Origin: Acidobacteriota bacterium
GTDB taxonomy: Bacteria; Acidobacteriota; UBA6911; JACOSC01
Assembly: GCA_016179055.1 (NCBI GenBank)
Contig: JACOSC010000258.1
Coordinates: 2,833-66,832, forward strand
DNA length: 64,000 bases
Direction of reading: 5' to 3'
Numbering within the stretch: the stretch's first letter is position 1; each line of letters begins with the position of its first letter. Shown here one piece after another: positions 58,527 through 64,000 of this stretch. A model generated the notes under the pieces. That model had not been told where the DNA came from and made no database searches. It worked only from the letters and a program-made list of their open reading frames with translations. The position numbers and the translations under genes are program-made.

Positions 58527-59924
58527 CTACGGCGCCGTTGCAACAGCATAGAGATAGCAGTATTCGTTGCCGCTCTCCTGGCCGGGAATGGATGTGCCGA
58601 TGTAGACCATCTGAGCGTCACCCGAGAAGCGCGCGCGGGAGGAAGGCACGACGTTGCGGCCGTCCTCGATGGGCAACAATATCCTCCACAGCAGCGCTCC
58701 CGCTGTGCTGACACCCGCGAAGAGTCCCGGCTGGCCATAGGTGACGATGCCGCCCAGAAAGATCAGGTCGTTGTTCGGGCTGACTACGGGACTGGACAGA
58801 ATGCCGCTATCGGTGTAGCGCCATCGCTCGGCGCCGTTGGGGTGGATGGCATAGAGACTCGCCAGGTTGTGTCCGTCGTAGATGACGCCATCCTGGCCGA
58901 CGTCCGGAGTGCTCACAACATTTGTGCCGGCTTCAAAGAAGGTCCACAGGCGGTCGCCTTGTGGATCGAACGCCACTAGCCGCGTGCCCTGGCCGATCAG
59001 GAACTGATGTGTGTAAATGTTCCCGTCGGGGCCGACCGCGGGTTGCGGATCGCCCAACTGCGCGCTCAGGCTGCCGGAGATGGTGAAGACTTCGCGGCCG
59101 TCCAGGCGTATGCCCTTAAGGTGATCGTTGGCGTTGAAGTAGAGTTGGAAGTCCGCGTCGCCGGGACCAAAAACGATTTCCTGCAGATCAACAATAGGGC
59201 GTGAATAAGGTTCAGGCATCGACCAGCGCAGGTCTCCATACGGCGTCAGCGAAAAAACTCCCAACCCTTGCGTGGCCACGGCGTAGATATTGCCGTCGGG
59301 GCCGACATTGGGACCCAGCAAAATGAAGGCGCGCGGATTTTGCGCGAATCGCCAGAGGAGTGTGCCGTCGGGATTGATCGCGGTGATGGCCGCTTCGCTG
59401 CCGGCGTAGATATTGCCGTCGGGGCCGAGCGTCACTCCGCTTCCACCCGCTCCATTGAAAATCCACTGCAGGCCGCCATCGGGCGCGAGCGCGTAGAGAT
59501 GGCCGGCCACATCGTTCGTGTACACGGTTCCATCGGGGCCCACCGCTGGGCGGGCTCGTATGTACATGGCGTCGGCCTGGAACCGCCAGGCCACGCCGTC
59601 CTGCGGCGGTGTACGCAACGTGACCGCGAGCGGCATCGTGTTGCTGGCGCCGGCATCGGTGAATACCTGCACCGCGGCGGCGCCGATCGTCGTGGCCTCG
59701 GGCACATAGGCGGCAATCAGTGCATCGCTCCAACGCGTGAAGGGCGCCTCGCGGCCGCCGATTTCCACGCGTCCGCGGTCCGCGCTGCCGAAACTCGCGC
59801 CGCGAATCAGCAGCCGCCCGCTGCGCGGCAAAGAATCGGCGGAAAGCGAAGTGATCACCGGCTGCGCCTCGGCCACAGCCGTAGCGACGAGCAAAAGCAG
59901 TAGAACTATTAAGATTCGTTTCAT
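58527..59924 (-). CDS. Secreted IPT/TIG plus PQQ-like (BamB-like) beta-propeller repeat protein
   Basis: Signal peptide MKRILIVLLLLLVATAVAEAQ. An N-terminal IPT-like domain (ITSLSADSLPRSGRLLIRGASFG). Repeated GPDG(N/T)IY propeller blades. Confidence 0.7.
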   Translation of the reverse strand: MKRILIVLLLLLVATAVAEAQPVITSLSADSLPRSGRLLIRGASFGSADRGRVEIGGREAPFTRWSDALIAAYVPEATTIGAAAVQVFTDAGASNTMPLAVTLRTPPQDGVAWRFQADAMYIRARPAVGPDGTVYTNDVAGHLYALAPDGGLQWIFNGAGGSGVTLGPDGNIYAGSEAAITAINPDGTLLWRFAQNPRAFILLGPNVGPDGNIYAVATQGLGVFSLTPYGDLRWSMPEPYSRPIVDLQEIVFGPGDADFQLYFNANDHLKGIRLDGREVFTISGSLSAQLGDPQPAVGPDGNIYTHQFLIGQGTRLVAFDPQGDRLWTFFEAGTNVVSTPDVGQDGVIYDGHNLASLYAIHPNGAERWRYTDSGILSSPVVSPNNDLIFLGGIVTYGQPGLFAGVSTAGALLWRILLPIEDGRNVVPSSRARFSGDAQMVYIGTSIPGQESGNEYCYLYAVATAP

Positions 59925-60207
59925 TGAAATTCCTCCGTGTAGAAAGTTTCAGACGTGGCCGCTTGTGCGGTAGGGCGCACCTCTGCGCCCGCGGGTGCAA
60001 CGCCGGTACGTCCTGCCGCCAGGCTCAGGAGTGCGGACGGAATTCCGTTCGATGTTGCTCTCATGCAGTTTCCCTGTCGTTGATGTCTCGATCGGGTACC
60101 CGTTGTCGCCATGCCACTTGGCGAGTTGGCGCTCGAACCTCGAGCTTACCACTCCCTGAGACGACGAGTGAAGCGAAAGGGAACAGGAAAAATGAGGAAC
60201 ACACTTC

Positions 60208-60611
60208 GTATCTTCTCAATAAATAGGGGCAGGGGCCCAGGCCAAAATTCAAGAGGGGCCCGCAACCGTCAGCCAATCATATCCCTGAAAGGGGTACATA
60301 AAATAGCCGGGGGTGGAGCGGAGCGGAACCCCCGGTCAAATATCCCGAGAGTCCGTTCGACCCTGAAGGGGTCGCACCAAGGCACGGTCGGTGGTTAGGT
60401 TCGACCCTTTCAGGGTTAAACCGGAGGGGCGGGGAAGACCGGGGGTTACGCTGCGCTCTATTCCGGCTATAATATTTGGCCCTTTCAGGGCCGGCGAATC
60501 TCTTCTCAATAAATCAAGGCAAGGTCCTATGCCAAAATTTGGTGGGGCGCCCGACCGTGCTCTCCTACATGTTTTGAGATAATCTCTTACCCCGATTTAT
60601 TGAGAAGATAC
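60208..60611. mobile_element. Second full copy of the 400-bp MITE, 8-bp target-site duplication CACACTTC
   Basis: Left TIR GTATCTTCTCAATAAATAGGGG (1 mismatch); right TIR complement at 60590-60611. CACACTTC lies at 60200-60207 and 60612-60619. The interior is collinear with the 50764 copy. Confidence 0.85.
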
Positions 60612-60617
60612 CACACT

Positions 60618-61046
60618 TCACTCCGCTGCAGTGTTTGGCAGTGCGACACCGGCCCGGGGATTCTCGCTGGGGGCACAGGTGCGGTGTTCGATGAGCGTGT
60701 GCTGCCAGCCGCCGGAGAGCGTGGTTTCCCCGACGACCCAGGCTTCACCGTTCGGCAAGACTGCGACGGCGCGGGCGATCTCTTCCTTCGACGCTTGGCC
60801 CGAAGGGACATACTCACACGGATGACCGGCTGGCTGGGCAACGGCCTCCGCCGGCGCATTGATGCGGGCGGAGATCTTCAGGGCAAAGGCCTTGACGTCC
60901 TTATAACGCACCCGCTGCGAAGACAAGAAACGCTCCATGCCCCCGAGGTGACAAAGATTGGACAAATTCCCGCGGAACAATATGCGATCCATTCCGGCTA
61001 TAATACCTTGGATGCGGTCTTGATGCCGCTCCAGAAATCGCTCCAT
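60618..61046 (-). CDS. Hypothetical protein, probably a decayed gene fragment abutting the MITE
   Basis: 142-aa ORF. The N-terminus MERFLERHQDRIQGIIAGMDRILFRGNL.. looks like a conserved hypothetical family. The C-terminal third looks out of frame. The stop codon overlaps the MITE target duplication. Confidence 0.35.
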   Translation of the reverse strand: MERFLERHQDRIQGIIAGMDRILFRGNLSNLCHLGGMERFLSSQRVRYKDVKAFALKISARINAPAEAVAQPAGHPCEYVPSGQASKEEIARAVAVLPNGEAWVVGETTLSGGWQHTLIEHRTCAPSENPRAGVALPNTAAE

Positions 61047-61237
61047 GGCTTAGCTCCCCATGAAGATGACTTTGCAACTCTACCTCATGACGGAGCGGGT
61101 CATGGAGCGTCAACCCCTTTACATTACGTATCTATCCTTTTGGTTGCGGCCTAAAGGCCGCGCTGTGACTCTGTGGCGCCTACTCAGCTCGCCGGCGTCA
61201 CTTCTATGATCCTGCTCACTGGCGAGAACGGCGTGTG

Positions 61238-62023
61238 TCAGATTCTGCCATGAAGCCAGTACCAAAAAGTTCCCCACCATTCGTGAAACACTCGCTGGCA
61301 GTTCTGGGCAGCCGCCGGGCTTGGTATGAAATCCGTATACCAAAATTTCATCTGAGTGGCGCGATAGTGGCAAGCCGAAGGAATCGCATCGATGTATTGT
61401 CTCCAGAAACAGCGTAGGGCACGATGAGCGTCTACGGCGTCAGTAACCAAGAAAATCTTGCGCAGGCCGCGCGACTCGAGTATCTTCCGGCACTCAACGG
61501 CGTTCTCGAACGTGGTGCGCGAGGTATTTTCAACGATCAGGTCTTTGTCCGCCACTCCAAGCTTTCCCAGGAATTCACGCATTAGTTCCGCAGCCGCCGG
61601 TCCGGGTGCAGCAGCATCGACCTTGCCTCCGCTTACGATGATCGGGCAAGCTGCGCGTTGATGGTAAAGCTCGGCGGCATGTAGGCAGCGGTACAACGTG
61701 TCCTGATCCATCTCTGCCTTCACTCGTATCGCATCGGGAGGCCGTATGCCGGCCGCGAGAACCACGATGGCGTCCACATAGGCCGGCCGTTGCGGATTCG
61801 GAGGACACGACCACTCCAATGTGCCCAGGACACCATAGCTCACCACCGGAAGGCTGTGTGCCGTTAAGGCGAGAAAGAGGATCATGAGGGCCATCAATCG
61901 CACCTTGCTTTCACGGCGCCGATGCCAAAGGCTCGCAATTAACAGGCCCGTGATCAGATGAAGGAATGGATACGGTTGTAGCCAGTTTGTGAAAAAATAA
62001 TACATAAGCCATAGACTCTGCAA
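61238..62023 (-). CDS. DUF218 / YdcF-ElyC-SanA family membrane-associated protein
   Basis: 261 aa. Two N-terminal TM segments, then VDAIVVLAAG..., IIVSGGKV.. and LVTDAVDAHRA, typical of DUF218. Confidence 0.65.
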   Translation of the reverse strand: MQSLWLMYYFFTNWLQPYPFLHLITGLLIASLWHRRRESKVRLMALMILFLALTAHSLPVVSYGVLGTLEWSCPPNPQRPAYVDAIVVLAAGIRPPDAIRVKAEMDQDTLYRCLHAAELYHQRAACPIIVSGGKVDAAAPGPAAAELMREFLGKLGVADKDLIVENTSRTTFENAVECRKILESRGLRKIFLVTDAVDAHRALRCFWRQYIDAIPSACHYRATQMKFWYTDFIPSPAAAQNCQRVFHEWWGTFWYWLHGRI

Positions 62024-62093
62024 AGCTGCCGTTGCGTTCCAGGCCGACAGGTACTTCTCGGGACGTAGCCCTTCCTCACTCCCGGATAGGCTC

Positions 62094-63841
62094 CTAAAAT
62101 TCAGCGCTCCGGCAAGGCGGAGTAGTTTGCAGGTTGTCCTTGTTTTTCCGGGGAAGCGAATACTGGAAAAATGGTTGACTGGCCTTATCGGGATTGGCCG
62201 GCGAGTTGTGCTGTCCTATGAAAAGCATTCCCAAAATAAGGTCGAAGGGCCGGGGAATTGCCGAAATGTCGCGGCGAATCAGGCCGTGTATGACCTTCTT
62301 GATGAGGCCCACGGCGATGATCATCGCTCCGATCATTGGGTAACGCTTCATCGTAACGGTTCTGTCCCCGAAATCTTGGCCCAGAACGTAGTCGATCCAG
62401 AATTGGGGCACTCTCGTGATGATGTAAAAGGCAAGGGTCAGGTTCAGCCGCGTCGGTATGTACTGGACGTAAGAGGCCAGCGTGATCTCTTGGTTCTTCC
62501 TGGTAAAGCCGGCTTGCTCCCCCATGCGGTAAATCGTCGTGCCGGGCAGTAGCGTGAGCGAATTGATGGCGAAAGTGTACGGAGGTTTCAGCGAATGCAC
62601 CAGCCGGATCGTGTGCTTCAATTCCTCAGGATGTTCCCAGGGATTGTCTACGATCAGGTCATACTGCAAGGGAGCCAGCCTCTTGCGGTTATTGTAGGCA
62701 ATTTCGGAGGCAACCAACAGCTTGCGGTCGTGAAACGGCCGAACGAAAACCTCCTTCATAATCCGAGGATTGCCGGACTGTAGGCCGATTCGCGCCTTGA
62801 CCATTCCCGCTTCTATCAAGACTTGAAACTTCTCCTCTTCCACGGAAGCGGGAATGATGCCGCTGACAAAGAAAGGAATAGCAAACTCCCTTTTGTACTT
62901 TTCCGAGAACTCGCGGATCACGGAAATGGGGAGGAACATGTAGGCGTCGTCGTCGAAACAGATATTGTAAATGTGGGGGTACCGTGAAAGAATATAGCGG
63001 AGTTCCGCAAGGAAAAATCGACGGAATGTCTCCGAAACTTCCGATACCCGCTGTCCAAATCTATAAGAACGTCATTCGAGCAAAATGTGCATTTGTATGG
63101 GCAACCCTGGCTGAACATGGTCCACAACTTGCCGCCGTAATACTTTTTCATGAGACGCATGTCCATCCGCTACAACTTGCCCTGGTCGTCGATGAAGTGG
63201 GCCTCATACTCAAAATCAAGAAATGGGAAGTCGTCGAGATCATTTACCAAGGGTTGTTCACGATTTCGAATGAGCTTCCCGCCCTCGCGAAACCAGAACC
63301 CCCGGGCCTTCTTATAATCGCGTCCTTCCCGTACGGCTTGCGCAAGCTGCAGGAAACTGACTTCTCCCTCTCCCATACAAATGGCTTCCACCACTTGTAA
63401 TGATTCCTCAGGAAAACTGGTGGGGTGGATGCCTCCCCAAATGATGAGTGAACTCAGTTCCTTCTGCAGGCGACGGGTGACCCGCGTCACCTGCTCAACC
63501 TGATGCGTCCAGACGCTGAAGCCCACTATGGCGCTGTCTCTGCATATATCGAGCAGTTGCTGATACACGGACTCAGACAAGTCATCCTCGTCGAAATAGG
63601 CGTTGAAGCGTCGTTTGCTTTGTCCCCAGAAGGTTGTGGCCCGGAGAAAAATCAGGTCGACCTCAAAACCGTGACGCTTGCGCTGGGAGGAGAAGCGACG
63701 GGGACCGATGCAGTAAATGTCGCCAGTCGAACAGATAATTGAGATTCTAGTTGGGGAAGATTTCTTAGTTGCTCCCAACGAATCTCTTTCCATGAAATGA
63801 CCTCCAGGGATCATAGGTAGGGAATTGCTTTTCTGTGCCAT
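62094..63841 (-). pseudogene. B12-binding radical SAM enzyme gene disrupted by an in-frame TAG (63170-63172) and a frameshift at an A5 run (63013-63017)
   Basis: Three ORFs: 63170-63841 (B12-binding domain, ..LIIWGGIHPTSFPEE), 62918-63166 (SQGCPYKCTFCSN, a CxxxCxxC cluster) and 62094-62939. My re-reading across GATTTTTCC gives a continuous ..HSVDFFLAELRYILSRYPHIYNICFDDDAYMFLPISV... Confidence 0.75.
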
Positions 63842-64000
63842 GGGGGACTATATCAGATTCGGGGGGAGCCCAGCAACAAAAAAACCCGTGCGCCGACGGG
63901 AATTTTTGACGTAAAGCGGCGGCCCAGCGGGATTTTGGTGCCAAGGTCGGGTAGAAGTTGGGCGCGCGCACGTTGCCAGCAACGCCACGTTTCCCAACCG

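Noticed and set aside
59212-60000. 262-aa minus-strand and 211-aa plus-strand ORFs (59268-59903)
   Set aside because: They are off-frame shadows of the secreted PQQ-like propeller gene at 58527-59924. That gene has a signal peptide, an RBS and clear repeats.
63170-63172. In-frame TAG codons here and at 49336-49338 as evidence of amber recoding (pyrrolysine or suppression)
   Set aside because: There are only two cases. One is in a gene that also carries a frameshift, and the other is in a 5'-truncated remnant. No pyl genes are in the window. Ordinary nonsense mutations are the simpler explanation.

Overview
Repeat-rich 64-kb chromosomal segment from a Gram-negative-type bacterium. The taxon cannot be assigned from sequence alone. 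Most genes are on the minus strand.

Contents, left to right:
- (1) Envelope and redox genes: two secreted CxxCH proteins, a TlpA-like protein, CcdA and a CoA-disulfide-reductase-family flavoprotein.
- (2) A visibly more GC-rich defence island at about 9.2-19.6 kb. It is a decayed type I R-M operon. hsdM is reduced to a 67-aa remnant and hsdR is frameshifted and carries a C-terminal S24 LexA-like peptidase domain. It still holds intact hsdS, a DUF1016 nuclease, a four-helix-bundle gene and an embedded AAA+ ATPase plus S8 subtilase pair of the ietAS type.
- (3) Two unknown genes, a low-GC ParE-type TA pair, and a Memo-family gene followed by a small glutaredoxin-like ORF. That ORF has an in-frame UGA at the redox Cys position and a SECIS-like hairpin.
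- (4) An operon encoding an ECF sigma, a ZAS anti-sigma, a secreted Cys-rich protein and an exported TPR-CHAT protease (24.5-30.8 kb). Three monocistronic secreted-protein genes follow it (31.9-36.8 kb). All four transcription units carry the same fixed-spacing upstream motif, GTCAC-N13-CCGGCAGCT.
- (5) lexA with a CTG-N10-CAG box inside its promoter.
- (6) A second, decayed TPR-CHAT locus. It is split by an IS element and a frameshift, next to Kelch and S74 tail-fibre-like genes and a divergent ECF sigma/anti-sigma pair that is itself separated by a RAYT insertion.
- (7) Housekeeping genes: a ribBA-like gene with a degenerate cyclohydrolase domain, VapBC, thpR, plsY, Trm112, a GT9 heptosyltransferase, a heptose kinase and mutM.
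- (8) A disrupted B12-radical-SAM gene at the right edge.

Intergenic DNA is packed with several repeat families:
- REP hairpins flanking a RAYT transposase.
- A second RAYT with 48-bp inverted repeats.
- A 400-bp MITE with perfect 22-bp termini and 8-bp target duplications.
- A ~295-bp direct repeat bracketing the CHAT operon.

I recognised no rRNA gene, tRNA gene or CRISPR array. Some of the frameshifts sit at short homopolymers, so pseudogene calls there need read-level confirmation.
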